A DNA stretch of 64,000 bases from Phaeosaccion multiseriatum (lineage: Eukaryota > Protista > Ochrophyta, other classes): positions 930,001 through 994,000 of the forward strand of contig OZ218951.1 of the NCBI GenBank assembly GCA_965112735.1, in the 5' to 3' direction. Shown piece after piece: positions 12,453 to 25,800 of the stretch. The notes beneath the pieces are model-generated. The model saw nothing but the letters and a program-made list of their open reading frames with translations, ran no database searches and had not been told where the DNA came from. A program made the position numbers and the translations under genes. Each line of letters begins with the position of its first letter. Position 1 is the stretch's first letter.

Positions 12453-13763
12453 TCCTCCGCGTCTGCTGTGGCACCAAGGGTCTGGGAAAGGAGACGGGTT
12501 CGGGTCGCTCCTGCCCCGCCTCGCGTTGGCTGGTGCGGTAGCGAAGAGGCACAGCAGCTCGGTCCAGTCTCACAGCCTCCCAGCCAAGGGATGCAGTCGG
12601 TGACGTCACGTCCCACGTACAGTGCTCACGTCACACATTCAACCGTTGCCCCCGCCGACACTCGCACGTAGGCGGCAGCCGTCTGACGCGGTGTAGGAGT
12701 TCGAGCAGTTCCAGCGCTGGTGGTCGTTCTCGCACTCCTGCGGCTCCCTCATGGGACGTCGGAAGGGCTGGTGGTCAGTCAGGCAGCATCTACTGAGGAA
12801 CTGATCTCGAACCAGAGCAAGGCACATCGCCGCCTCCGGAGCCAGCGACACAAGCGCGACGCTTTGATCCACCGGGTCAAACGCGATCCAAGCACGCTAC
12901 GACGATTGCAGCAACTGCGACGCCTTGAAGATGTGACGTTGGTCCTGTTTGCCGGGGCCACCAAAGTCGGCCGTCGTCGCTGGCGTCATCAGCCTCACAC
13001 TCGGCCTCAGTTCCTCCGTTTCTTCAGCCAGCACGCTCTCCAGCTCCTTCCTTCACATAACGACCGCCCCCCAAGCTTCTCTCCATCGAGATTACATTCG
13101 CGATCGAAGAGGAGTTAAAGTCGGACACTGAGCCCTCCCCAACCCATCGCTGCGACCCCTGCCATGCTGCTGCTCGCTGCACACACTCCCACTCGCCATG
13201 CTTGCCCTGGGCTCTTTAACTGTCTGTCTCTCTCCCCTGATGATCTCTGCGGCCGAACACCGACTGCTGTACGCGAAGTGTGCCTGTAGGGGCAGTCAGC
13301 ACGCGGGACAAGAAACACGGTCTTCATCTAGGCACTGAGTGCGAATGTGCGGTCCTGCCGTCAGTCGCGCTGCTTTGCCCTTGGTTGTCCCAGTCGACGA
13401 CCCCATCGCCCCTCGGTCAGCTTGTCGGGACCGTTCTCCATGAGGCACAGGGCAGCATCACACATGGCTATCGTAGTAGAAGCCTCGGCTCTCTCCCTCT
13501 CTCTCTTCAACTCTCCGTGATGCAACATAGCATGCACGGGAGCACGGGAACGCCCCCCTCATCCTCTCTATGCACGGGAGCAAGAGAGGGCCCCTCTCAT
13601 CCTCTCTTGCCTCCTCCTCCGGCAGCAGAGAGTATTACACAGCCTCAACCCCATCAGCACCCCCTGCTAGCCTTCGAACAGCCCTCCCTCTGCAAAGCCA
13701 CAAGTCCAAGGCAGGGCAGTCAGCCACGCAAACGTCACTACACAGTACAGGGGCACCCCATCA

Positions 13764-15782
13764 TCACGCGCCAAGGAGGACGCTGCTGAAAGCCTCGTGC
13801 ATGTTCCTCATGTGCCCGTCTGCTCGGGTGGGAGCGGCCGCTGCCTTCTGCTGGGCCTTCTTCCTGTCTCGCGGGGTCACGTGATCGTACTGGCGCTTGA
13901 GCTGGGAGCTTCCCACCTGTGCATTTGGTCGTTTGTTAGGATGTGTGCGAGAAGGGTGGGGGGAAGTAGGGGAATGAGTGGGAAGTCATACGACAGAGAA
14001 AGAGGGAGGGTGTGAAATGGAGAGACAGAGCGGAGAGAGGGGGGGGGGCAGAGAGGGAGAGAGTGGGGGATAGAAAGAGAAAGAGGAGAGAGAGGGAGAG
14101 AAAGGAGAGACGGAGAGAGAGAAAGAGAGAGCGAGAGAGAGAATGTGTGAGAGGCTAGGATGGGTCACAACACGAGAGAAAGAGAGAGCCAAAGCTCTGA
14201 AAAGGAGCAGTTGGACCTCTTTCAAGTACCTACTTTCTCGGGCAGCGGCGCGTTGATGAGGAGCATTTCTCTGTTTCCGCCCGGAGCAATGGCTTGCTGG
14301 GCCATGGAGTCCTCGAGGCCCAAGTTCATTCCGTCCGTCAGCGTCGTTATCACTTGATCCCTCTCCCCGAGAGCCACCTGTCCCCACGTCAAAGCAAAAG
14401 CAAGACAGACAGAGAGGGAGGGAGAGCGAGAGGGAGAAGGTGAGTGAGGGAGAAGAGAAGTGCGCAGGAGGGCCGAGAGAGACGGGAGAGAGGGGCGTTG
14501 GGGGGTGGAATTCATCTCACGAATTGGCATCACCGTACCGGGGGGCCAAGATACAAGGAACAAACGCCCACCGTCCATGCCCGATCACCATCCCTCTTCC
14601 ATCGTCGGTTCCGCTCTTTCCCTTACTCTCCTCTGCTCTACTCTTCCCCCCTGTTTACTTTGTCACGGCTCGCCCCCCTCCCTTCCTTGCCTCCCTCCCT
14701 CCCTCCCTCGCACCCACCCACCCACCCACTCACCTCCATAACCTCCTGCCTGATCTTGCTCTGCGTATGGAGCCGCCTCTTATCCTCAATCTCCGCATAG
14801 TGTCGCCTTGCCTCCTCCTGCTGTCGCTGGTCCTGGATCTCCTTCTCTGCGATCTGGTCACTGTCCACCGCTCTGGCCTGGTTTGCGGCGATGAGGTCCT
14901 TGTTGGCCTGCTTATATGCCTCCACTCTATCCAGCGTCTCCTGTACGTTGACTCCGTTGACGACATCGAAGATGATGCACTCCACCTCCTCGAGGTAGTC
15001 GTTGTACTGCTCGAGGTTGTCGAAGTCTTCCTGCTGCTTGTTGTAGACCTGCGTTTATCAGGTGGGTTTAGTTCAGTAGAAAGAAGTAGAAAAAGTAGAA
15101 GCACAACCACCACCAGCAGCAGCAGCAGCAGCAGTAGCCAGCGAAATGCAGGAGATGAGAGCCAGAGAGAAGAAGAAAAAAAAAGAGAGAGAGAGAGATG
15201 AGAACAGCAAACAGAGCGCGAGGCGAGTGAGTATTGAGGGGAGGAAAAGAATCACAATCAAACACAAACCGCGAAGCATCACATGAGAGAAAGAACAGCG
15301 TTTGCAAAGTCGAGGGTCAATGGCAACGAAGCAGAGCGCACAGCCCCTCATTCGTACGCACCGCGAGGATTCTCTTCCTCTGCGCAACGTCTCTGCTGAC
15401 TGTGATCTCGTCCAGCGTCTTCTCCGAGAGGTTGCTGCGAGACACCTTCTCTCCGCAGTTTCCGCAGGCGAAGTGCTTGCGGCGGCTCAGCTCTCGCTCC
15501 ACACATGCAGCACAGCTAATGGGGGCCAGCAGCAGCGGCAGCAGCGGCAGCAGCAGCAGCAGGGGGGGGGGTGGACTGCAAGGTTAAATATATCTGTCTT
15601 GGAGACAGTGTGGGAGTGTGTGGGAGGGCTGGAGGGCAGTGGAAGGGGAGGGAGGGGGGAGGAGAAGCCGCGGGCGCCACTCACAATCTGTGCCCGCAAA
15701 CGCTGCTGACGAGAAGCTTGTCTCTTGTTAGGGTATCCGCCTGCGTAGTGCCGCACACGGCGCATTTCTCCAAGCTCTCCAT
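13764..15782 (-). CDS. MNAT1: CDK-activating kinase assembly factor MAT1 (RING finger; TFIIH/CAK subunit)
   Basis: About 5 exons. N-terminal RING CAVC..CGHR..C..C..FACGNC, then LSEKTLDEITVSRDVAQRKRILAVYNKQQEDFDNLEQYNDYLEEVECIIFDVVNG, matching the conserved MAT1 YN..EDF..L.EYNDYLEEVE motif. ATG at 15782, TGA at 13764-13766. Confidence 0.88.
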
Positions 15783-15941
15783 CCCTTTTTTTTGGAAGGA
15801 TGGAAGAGGGGGAGGGGGGAGGGAAATTGGAGGAGGGGGGGGGGGGGGAAGAAAGTCGATGTGTTCGATTTGTGTTCGATTTTTGTGCTCCCAGCGGGAA
15901 TGATCGCCGAAAAATACCGTAGAGGCAAGAGACCGTAAAGA
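15783..15941. promoter_or_regulatory. Putative bidirectional promoter between MAT1 and the GTPBP gene
   Basis: Divergent start codons only ~160 bp apart; contains duplicated TGTGTTCGATTT. Confidence 0.5.
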
Positions 15942-17756
15942 ATGGCGAGCATAATGCATGAGTTGGATGGGAGCGAGGGGAGCACAGACAGTAGGGGGGA
16001 TACGATGAGCAGCAGCAGCAACAGCCGCCCTGCCCTCGTGGAGAAGCACGTTGTTGAAGATCACTCTAATGAAAAAGAGTTTCAGGGAAACGAGATGGAG
16101 AAAGAGGCGGCGAAGGGGAAGGCGGAGGAGGGGAGCAGGACGGATATTCGGATTGCCTGCATCGGGAATGTGGACAGGTGTGTTTACTCACGTGGAAGAC
16201 ACCCGGTCTATAGTGCTCTTTCTGGCCTCGGGCATTATTTCCCCCCCCCTGTTGTTTCTCTTCCCTTAGGGGGCCCCTACGCTCACCCCCTCCCCCCCCG
16301 CTCCTCTTCTTTCTTTCACCTGCTCTTTGGTTTCGCAGCGGTAAGTCTACTCTGATCGGGGTGCTCTCGAGCGCGGCACTCGACGACGGGAGGGGAGCAG
16401 CACGCAGCAACATTCTACGGCACAGACACGAGCAGGTACATGTACAAAGTGGGGAGGGGGATGGGGGACAAGAGCACATTGCAAAGGCCAATGAAGAGGA
16501 TGCAACTAAGAAGATGGTATGCTAGCACAGAGGAGATTTTCACCCCAAGTAGGGGCAAGCCTTTCGCGTGGAAGGAAGCCAATCAAATCCAGCTAAAGCC
16601 TCCGCCTGGTGAGGGCAGGGAGGTTGGCAGGAAGGTCGACACAGAAGTCGTCTCCTTTCGCTTGCGAGAAAGATTAATCCTGTCATGAAGCGGTCAAGTC
16701 AATCAATCTTCGGAGTGATCGATCCCCCTCGCCGCTGGCAAGAACGATCAGTCCCACATCGCCCCTCCCTCACTCGTGCACCGTCCGTTCCTCATTTTGT
16801 TTTGGCGTGTCTCAGGAGAACGGGCGGACCTCTGCCGTGTCGCTGGAGATCATTGGGTACGGAGACAATGGAGAGCAGGTGAGGTCTTGACTGCGGGAGG
16901 GGGGGGTGAGACAAAAGGAGCGTAGGGTAATTGGATTGAGGGTGGGGAGACACAGGGGAGAGGAGGTGATTTGATTGAGGGTAACAAGGCGCGTGTGCCC
17001 CCCTGCTCCTACTCTGTCTTACGCATGACCTCTCGTACCACTTGCCATCCATTAGGTGGTCCCCACGTCCCGCAATCAGTCGCAGAGGTGGAACGAGGTG
17101 CTGCAGCGCAGTGAGCGCTCCATCACGCTCATCGATCTGTGCGGTGAGTGAGTGTGTGAGGGAGGGGGCGAGGAAGGGAGGGAGGGAAGGAAGGAGGGAA
17201 AGGGGGTGTGCTTGAGTTTGGGAGTGGACGAGTGAGGGAGTGAGGGCGTGAGGGCGTGAATGAGGGGGTAAATAGAGACAGGCCGACATGCACGCAAGCG
17301 CTCCACCTTTAGAGACACATGGCCCCCATATGTGATTGTCATGGTGTGACGCTGAGGAGGAAGGAAGGAAGGAAGGAAGGAAGGAAGGAAGGAAGAGAGG
17401 CTATTGACTCGGGAAAGTCTGAACCGCAGCCCTCCCCTCCCCTCCCACCTTGCACCTTTGCAATGCTGCCCGCTCCTCCTCCTCCTCCTCCTCCTCCTCC
17501 TCCTCTTCCTCCTCCTCCTCCTCCCCGCCTCCTCCTCCCTCCTTCCCGGCCCCCTCCTGCCCCTTTGGCTCTATGCTTTGTCCGCCTACCACAGGGCACC
17601 AGGCATATCTCAAGACTACAATCTTTGGTCTCACGGGCATGAACCCTGACTTCTGCTTGCTTGTGGTGGGAGCAAACATGGGTGTGCAGAGGATGACAAT
17701 GGTGGGTGCGGGTGGTGGTAATAGTAGTAGTAGAGACGAGGTGACGAGTAGTAGTG

Positions 17757-17787
<31 letters not shown>

Positions 17788-20261
17788 CACTAGTTACATG
17801 GGCGGAGACGGTGAGGGAGGGATTGAATGAATGAGTGAGGAAGGGCCCACACCTTTCGTCTGGACGGTACTCCTTGCCACCCCTCCGCATGTCCTCCTCC
17901 TCCTCATCTTTCCCTCCCATCCATTTTCTCCCGCCCCACCCGCTTCCCCACCTCCGTCCGGGTGACCATCCCCTGCCATCCGTTGCCATCCGCTGCCACC
18001 CGCTCGTCTCTCTTTCACCTCCCACAGGAGCACATCAGCATCGCCTGTGCTCTGTCCCTGCCCATCGCTGTAGGTGCGTGCGGGGGGCAGTGGGATGGGT
18101 GGGAGGGGCTGTGTGGGTTGTGGTGGGCTCAGCAGCGGCAGCAGTACATGCGATGGGCGTACGTGGTTAGGAGGAGGTTGTGATATACGTTCACCTCTCC
18201 TCCCTTACCTTCATCTTAGTTTCCAACCTCTTTCCTTCTCCCTTCTCTCTCTCTCTCGATCTTCTCTCTCTTAACTCTCTCTCTCCTCTACATCGCCCCC
18301 CCCCCCCCCTCGCTCTCTCTCTCTCTCTTCCTGTCCTCAGTTGTAACGAAGATCGACATATGCCCGCCTACAGTTCTAAAACAGACCCGACAAACCCTCG
18401 CACGCTTCCTACGGCAAAACGACAAAATGCCCTACCCGATGAAGGTTGGCGAACACTTTTTAACACACAAAAGACCAGCACCTCTCAAGGGGGAGGGTGG
18501 AGAGGGTGGGTGGTGTCTCCCCTGTGTCCGTCTTGCAGAGCCCTCCCGTCTCACTCTCACTCTCCCTTTCACGGTTCTCTCTCTCTCTCTTCCTCACACA
18601 TACTCTCTCGTCTTTCTCTCTTGTCTTCCATCGCCTCGCATCCACCCTCTCCCTCCCTCTCCCCTCTCTCTCTCTCTCACACACACACATGCCTCCTACC
18701 CTCCCCCTAGGACGAGAGTAACGTGGACGCCGCTGTGCAGAGTATCAGCAACAACAAGGTCACTCCTGTCTTCGCGGTGTCTAACGTCACGGGTTCGGGC
18801 ATGGAGCTGCTGCGCTCCTTCATCAGCAAGCTCCGGCGGCTAAAGGTGCATCCGTCTCTCAAGGCCCATCCCGTCGATGAGTCGCGGCTGCCCATGTGAG
18901 TGCGTGTGCGTAGATGAACCAAGGAGGACAGGCGATCTAACCCTCAGCGCGCTATTCATGAGTTCATTAACCAATCGTTCACTAACCGTTAACCAATCTA
19001 TCGTTATTGGTGCCGTTAACCAATCGCTTGCGTCTCTCTGCGTAGGCTGCACTTTCCCATCGACGGTGTGTACGAGGTGCGGGGTGTCGGTGTGGTCATC
19101 GGAGGAGCGGTGCTCAGGGGGAGTGTGCATGTCAACCAGACCCTCCTCGTAGGTAAGGAAGCCCCCCCTCTCTCCCTCTTTGCGCTTCCTCCCCTCTTCC
19201 ACGGACACACCCACGCCCACAGCAAATGGAACGGCTCTGCCCCACACCCGTCTCCACCACTCACACCCCCCAACCTACCCACACACACTCACCCACACGC
19301 ACAACCACACACTCACACCCAATGCGAAACGTACGTCTCCTCCTTCCTCACCCTTGAATAACCGCCCACCCTTTCGCAGGGCCGGACCGTGCTGGAGAGT
19401 TCTTCCCCGTGATGGTGCGCAGCATCGAGCACAAGAGACAGCCCATCAAGGAGGCCGTGGAGGGACAGAGCGCCACGCTCGCAGTGCGCTCGCTCAACAG
19501 GAGGCTGGTGCTACGGAGGCCGCTCTTTCGCAAGGGCATGGTGGCCATTCATAGGTATATGGGAAGAGGGGTCAGGAGGGAGAGCAGGAGGGGGACAGCA
19601 GGATGCAAAAGGTGCTGAGCAAGGCAGTTGGGTTTCACACTTCGCTCTCTCATCCTCATCTTGCTCTTGCTCTTGCTCTTGCTCTTGCTCTCCTCTCCCC
19701 TCCCCCCCCCTCCTCTACCTCCGTGGATATCTGTCTCCAACTCACAGCAAGGACCCCCCACTAGCGTGCAGAGAGTTCACCGCAGACGTTGTTATCCTCC
19801 ACCACTCCACCACCATCTCCACGGGCTACCAACCTGTGGTGCACTGCGGGGTGGTGAGGCAGTCGGCCAGCATCGAGGTGAGTGAAACACCGGCTTTGAA
19901 GGTGTCACCTCCCTCTCTCCTCCTCTCTCTGTCTCTGATCTCTCTCTTACCTCTCCTCTCTCACTCTGTCTCCTTCTCTGTCTCATCACTCTGTCTCTTC
20001 CACCCCTCACCTCTTTCTCCCTCCCTGCCTCCCCCTCTCTGCTCTGCTCAGGCCATGTCGTGTCAGTCTCTACGAACGGGCCAGGCCACCTACGCGAGGT
20101 TTCGTTTCCTGTACTTCTCCGAGTACCTGGTGCCAGGCACCACCTTCCTCTTTAGGGAGGGAAGGGCCAAGGGTGAGTGAGTGAGTGAGTGAGTGAGTGA
20201 ATGGGAAGGCACGCAGGCCCTTGCTTCTCTCTCTCTCCCCTCTCTGGCAGGTACACATACG

Positions 20262-20295
<34 letters not shown>

Positions 20296-20633
20296 GACAT
20301 ACATAGGCATACACGCAGCCCTTCTGGAAGGCGTCAAGTCTGCCCTTCTCCCCGCCTGGCCCACGCACTTCACTTACGCTTACCACTGACCTCGCTTTCC
20401 TATGTCCCCTCCTGCCCGCCCTCCCAGGCATTGGCCAGATCAGAGACATTATCCCCCTCACAGCGACGACGACTCACAGCGGGGGGCATGCCCAACACGT
20501 GCACCATGCGAGCGGCGCGGGGCACGGCGCTGGCAAGGGGGTGGCACCCAGTAGCGGCAGCGGCAGCAACGGCGCGGTGGGGGGCGGCGGGGGTGGGGTA
20601 TTAGCAGAGTCTGAAGCGGCCGAGGTGTCTTGA
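15942..20633 (+). CDS. GTPBP1: GTP-binding protein 1/2 family translational GTPase (closer to GTPBP1 by motif recall)
   Basis: About 13 exons. [13 protein letters not shown] (G1), RHRHEQENGRTS (G2), [16 protein letters not shown] (G3), VTKID (G4), VSNVTG; domain [15 protein letters not shown]; domain [35 protein letters not shown]; TGA 20631-20633. Confidence 0.9.
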
Positions 20634-22801
20634 TGAGCCGCAGCAGCAGCTGCTACAGCAGTTGGTGATACCTGCAGCAGTACAGATATGTCGCGCGAGC
20701 ACTGCAAGTGGGGCAACGAGGGCTTGAGTGCTGAAGGCCTTGCATCGGTGACGGTGCGGGGTCGGGTCTGTTGTTCCTGCGTATATATTTGATGTGAAAA
20801 TCGCGCGAAATGTGAAGAGGACGCATCGGATGAGGGAGAAGAAAGGCTCCGCCTACCCGGAGGATGGGGAATTTGAAGTGAAGCATTGCCACCGAACCGG
20901 AGGTGGCGTATCACCAACACGTGAAGGGAAGCAGCGGCTCGTGGAGCATCTCTCCGCTGCTCTTGGCAGAGCGGACCGCGTCTGGGCTTCTCCAGAGGAC
21001 GAGGCGTATTGTGAGGTGAAGCTGTGGCAAGGTGAGGCCCTGGCTCTTGGTCTCTCTCTCTCACACACACACACTCTCTCTCTCGCACCAACTGGGGTGC
21101 TAGATTGGACGACTTGGGCACCACACGTAGGGCCTGTGGGTGGGGTTGCACTCTCCCAGTCACATCGGGGGGCGGCGAGAGAGAATGGGGAAAAAAGAAA
21201 GAGAAAGAGAGGAGAGAGGGAGAGGGAGGGAGGGAGGGAAGGACGGATATATGGACTTGTCGATAATTACATAGCGAAGGGGTCTGGTTTTGGATATGGG
21301 TGTGTATATGGGAAGGGTCTCGCTGGTGGTGGGCGAGCTGAGATGAAGCAAGCGACAATCAAAGGAAGGCATTGGATGGCATTGCCTTCGCAGGAATGAT
21401 CCAATCATCTCCTTCGCTGCACAGGGGCTGGCGAGAGAGGGGGAATGGAGAGAGGGGGGGTTCCTGTTTGCACTTCACACTGGGGCTACAGGAGCTAAAG
21501 GGGAAAGGAGCGCAGAGGGGCGACGAAATGAAGGGGAAAGGCGAACAACGGAGAGGGAGAAGAGAGAGAAATGAAAGCGCGAGTATGATAGCGACGGCAG
21601 CAGGGGCAGTTGGTGATACAGCAGCAACAGCAGAAGCAGCAGAAGCAGCAGGGGGGGGGAGTTGCGGAGAGGCGAGCTGAGCTTCTCTTGCGCTCTCTGT
21701 GCGGCATCTCACCCCCTTCCTTTCCACCTATCGATCTATTTGCCTACTGTATCTATCGTAGAATTTACGATAGGGCGCAAAGATTGCTTCATTTAAACAT
21801 TTGCTCTTTGCTTTAAAATTTTTTTTTTTTTTTTTTTTTTAGGACACATTGACTTAATAGGGGTCCAGCCTCCACACGAGGGGGGGGGACAAAGTTAATG
21901 AACTAGAGGCATACGGGCAACCTAACGGATTTTCTCAGGCACTTGAGCGGGATAGCAAAGGGACTTTGCTGGAGACAGACCAGTAAATCAATCCATTCCA
22001 TCCTGTCTGATCAGTAGCAGCTGCGGTTGCTGTTCCTATTTGTCTGTAGTTGAGTGAGAAAAGTGGGCAGTGGCGTGGGGACTCTCCCGCCAGCCAGCCA
22101 GAGTGAAGATCTTGAGGTGGGATCAGGCTCCTCTCCGTCACAGCAGGGGAACACACCCAGGCTACAGGCTTGATCGAGCCTCACTGCCTGCTGCTGCCTA
22201 CCTTGAGGCGTAACCATCCTCTTGGCCTTCCATCCCCTCTGTTGCCTCTACGGTGGTAAGGAGCAGATTGCAGACATGGGAGGAGGCTTTGTATGCCTTC
22301 TAACCTCATGATGGGGGATTAGCACTAGACCTGCCTTCCTCCTTTGACATACACATTCGATCAAAGGTTTCAAACTCCATCCGAAGTGTCAGACCATAAG
22401 AGAGTTCATCTTCACTTGTTGACTGTAAGATCCTTTTCTGGGTAAGAAGTAAATTAGGAAGTGCGGCAAGGTGTAAAGCAGTTACCCACATGCACAACAC
22501 CGACTCCTCCCATTCTACGTGGTGTACGCAGTGTGGGGTGGAGTGGAGGGCGCCGAGCCTCTTCCTCCCCCCTCCTTGCTTTGACTGCTTCTCGGCCCTG
22601 AAATCGCGAGCTGCTGTATCACCAACTGCTGCTGCTGCCGCTGCCGCCCTCTCCACCTGGACTGTACCACCACCCGCTACCCACGCCTACACACGCACAT
22701 GCCTCCACCCCCCCCCACTTATCCACACACCTACCCAGTCAGCCTCCCCACCCCCTGACTCAAGCAATTCACCACCTCAGCGCCTCACTTGCCGCACTTG
22801 C

Positions 22802-25800
22802 CTACCGCAGCAGATTGCTGAGGCCCGGCGCTCGGCCTCTCCCCCTCCGACGCAGCAAGGTAGACTTGGTGGTACTGCTAGTGCCAGTGCCAGTGGTGGA
22901 GGAGGAGCCTTTGCCACCTGTGGTATACGCACCCTTCGCCTTGCCCTTGCCCTTGCCCTTGGCCTTGCTGACCGTCATCGTAACCGGCGTCGGAGCGCAG
23001 GCTTGGGCCACCTCTGACGCTGCTGGCAGGGGACTGTTCTCCTCCCCAGGCCGCCCCCCGCCCCCCCCCGCCGCCATCACTCGCTTGCTCGCCTTCCCCT
23101 TGCCACCACCGCCACTATTGTTGTTGCTGGTACCGCTGGTCCTGCTGGTGCTGCTGGTGCTGCTGGTGGTGGTGGGTGCCTCCCCTCCAGGTCGCTGCTG
23201 CTGTACACGAGCGGACTGCGGTGCCTGGGGGCTGAGGGGAGACACGCTCAAGCCCCTCTTCTTCTTGCCCTTGCCCTTGTTGTCCTTCTCCTTCTTCTTG
23301 GCCGTCTTCACTGTTTTGTTGCCATCCTTGTCCTTCATGGGCTTCTCCATCACCTGCCTCTGCGGCTCCTCCTCCTCCTCCCCCTTCCCCCCCTCCTCCT
23401 TGTCCTCCTCACTGCCATCGCTGGAGTGGTTTGGCGACGACGTCACTGCCTCCCTGCTTGACTCGTCCCTTCTCCCCCTGCTTCTGCAGCTCCATGGCGC
23501 CCTCCTGCTGCCGCTGCTGGCGCCCATGCTGCCGTCCATATCCCTCTCGTCCTCCTCCTTCTCCTCCTCCCCCTCATGGCCTTCCCCCTCCCCTCCCCCG
23601 CTCCTCATCAAGTGAGCTTCCAGCCGCCTTCGGAGCTCCTTCTTGGTGCCCCCCCGGGGGAGTCCGTTCTTCTTACATAGCTGCCGCAGCTCCACACTGC
23701 GCATGTCGGCAGCAAGCACAGGCTGCTTACCCTTCACGAGGTCCTCAGAAACCTTACTTCCCTCCTTCGTCTCCTCCTTCTTGGTGGCAGGCTGCGGCCT
23801 CTCTGCTGCAAGCTCGTCCTCGACATCGGAGGAGGGGGAGGAGTTTGAGATGCTCTCCTCTTGTGGAGGAGCCACCCCCCCTGGGAATACGTTCACTAAG
23901 ACCACGGAGTCGCCCTTCTCCTCCTCCCCCTCTTCTTCCTCCTCCTCCTCCTCCTCCTCCTCCTCCTCGTCCTCCTCCTCTCCGAACACTCGCCCATCCT
24001 CCTCTTCTGATGGTTGCTCTGGCTGCTGCTGTACCTCCTCCCCTCCCTCGTTGTCCACCGGCTGATGCTGATAAGCAGTAGAGTCGATGGTGTCAGCCCT
24101 GGAACGGCGTCGTAGAGGCGTATCGTCCTCCTCCTGCTGTATCACCAACTGCTGCGCTTCCTCCTTCTCCTCGCCGTGCTCCCTCTTCCTCTTGTGGGGC
24201 TTCCCCTCGCAACCGGCCCCTTCCAGCCCTCCGTCTTGCTGCTGTTGCTGCTTCTCCTCCTCCTCGTCGTCGTCCTCGTCACGATCCTGCTCTTCCTCCT
24301 CCTCGCCTTCGTGCTGCTGACCCCCTCCCTCCAACTCCTGCTCCTCCTCCTCCCCCACTCGGACACCTCCCTCTCCTCCAAGCGAACCCTTCCCCTCCCC
24401 CTCCCCCACCCCCTGTTCCTTCTTCTCCCCCCCCCTCTCCTCCTCTGCCACCGCCTCGTCCTGCGCCACCTTCCTCAAGCCTCGTACTTCGCTCTCGAGT
24501 AATTCCACCCTCTCCTGTAGCTCCACCCTCTGTCGTTCGCTGCTCTCCAACATCCTCTGGCTGCTCTCGAGTCGAGCGCTCATGTCTGTGGCGGCCCCTC
24601 GGCTCTCCAGAAGCTCCTGATTGACTCTGTGGTATCGAAGGGTAGAGTTGTCAGGAGGGAAGGAGGGTAGAGGAGGAGAAGGGGGTGAAAAGGAAGTAAG
24701 GAGCAATGCCTTTGTGTCCTGTCCCATCGTTTCAGTCAGCCCCCTTCCCTTCCCTCCTCCCTCTCCCTCTCCCCCACCCTCTCCCCTTTGCCCACCTACC
24801 TGTTCAATTCCTCTTCCGAGTTCTCGAGTTGGTCCTCCACGTCGTCGATGTATGTGCGAAGCTTGCGCTCGTAGAACTTTTGGGCTGACTTCTTGGAAGG
24901 AGTGGGCTGTGTGGACACAGACACTTTCGCCTTGGACACCTGTGTTAGTGTGGCGGATGGCAGTATAAGGAGAGTGGAAAGGAGTGAGTGAGTGAGTGAG
25001 TGAGTGAGGGAGGGGGGGAGTGAGTGAGTGAGTGAGTGAGGGAGGGAGAGGGAGGGAGAGGTTGTTGCGTGCTTGCATGAGGAAATTCATCGGACTTTCC
25101 CGTGGACGCCGCAGCAGCCAGCCAACACAAAGCACGCTCACGAACAAACAAGCACACACACAGACATACGCACATACACACACGCACAGACGTAACATTA
25201 CGTACCTCCTGCTCCATCTCTGCCATGAGCTCTGCCATCTCCGCGGCCACTTCCGTACGGATCTCTGCCTCTCTGGAGAGGACAGAGGGAGGAAAGGAGG
25301 GAGCAAGGGGGGGACAGGGAGAGAGGGAGGGAGGAGAGGAGAGGAAGAGGGGCAAAGGGAAAGGGAAAGGGCGAGGAAGGGAGAGAGAGAAGAGAGGGTG
25401 AGACAGACGAACTGTGGCAAGGAGGGACGGGGTATCGACAAACAACGCAAGTCAACACAGAAAGCCAACCGAGGAGAAAAACGTGACAAGGAAGGACTCT
25501 ACTTGCCCTCCTTCCCTCTTCCCCTCGCCTAACTCACTTGTCCGCCAGATCTGTGTGCAGCTTCATGATCTGCCCACTTAGCGTGTCATTGTTGGTCTGA
25601 AGCGTGTCCACAAGCTGCCTCTGCACCGCCATCGCCCTCGCCCCCTCTTCACGCTCTGCAGCCACAGCCGCAGCCACCGCCGCAGCCACCGCCACAACCG
25701 CACAGCCACCACCACAGCCACCACCAGTCACATGGGAGGCACCTTCCTCAGCCGTCCTGACACAACCAACAGCAGGAGCAGCAGCAGCTCCAGCAGTGGG

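Noticed and set aside
12720-13118. 132-aa Arg-rich ORF
   Set aside because: No ATG-led spliced model or domain could be supported; at most a degraded fragment
18965-19026. Three TTAACCAATC copies in a GTPBP intron
   Set aside because: Short local duplication near the branch point; no evidence for an ncRNA or mobile element
20794-21727. ORFs downstream of the GTPBP stop
   Set aside because: Low-complexity with no motifs; probably 3' UTR or intergenic
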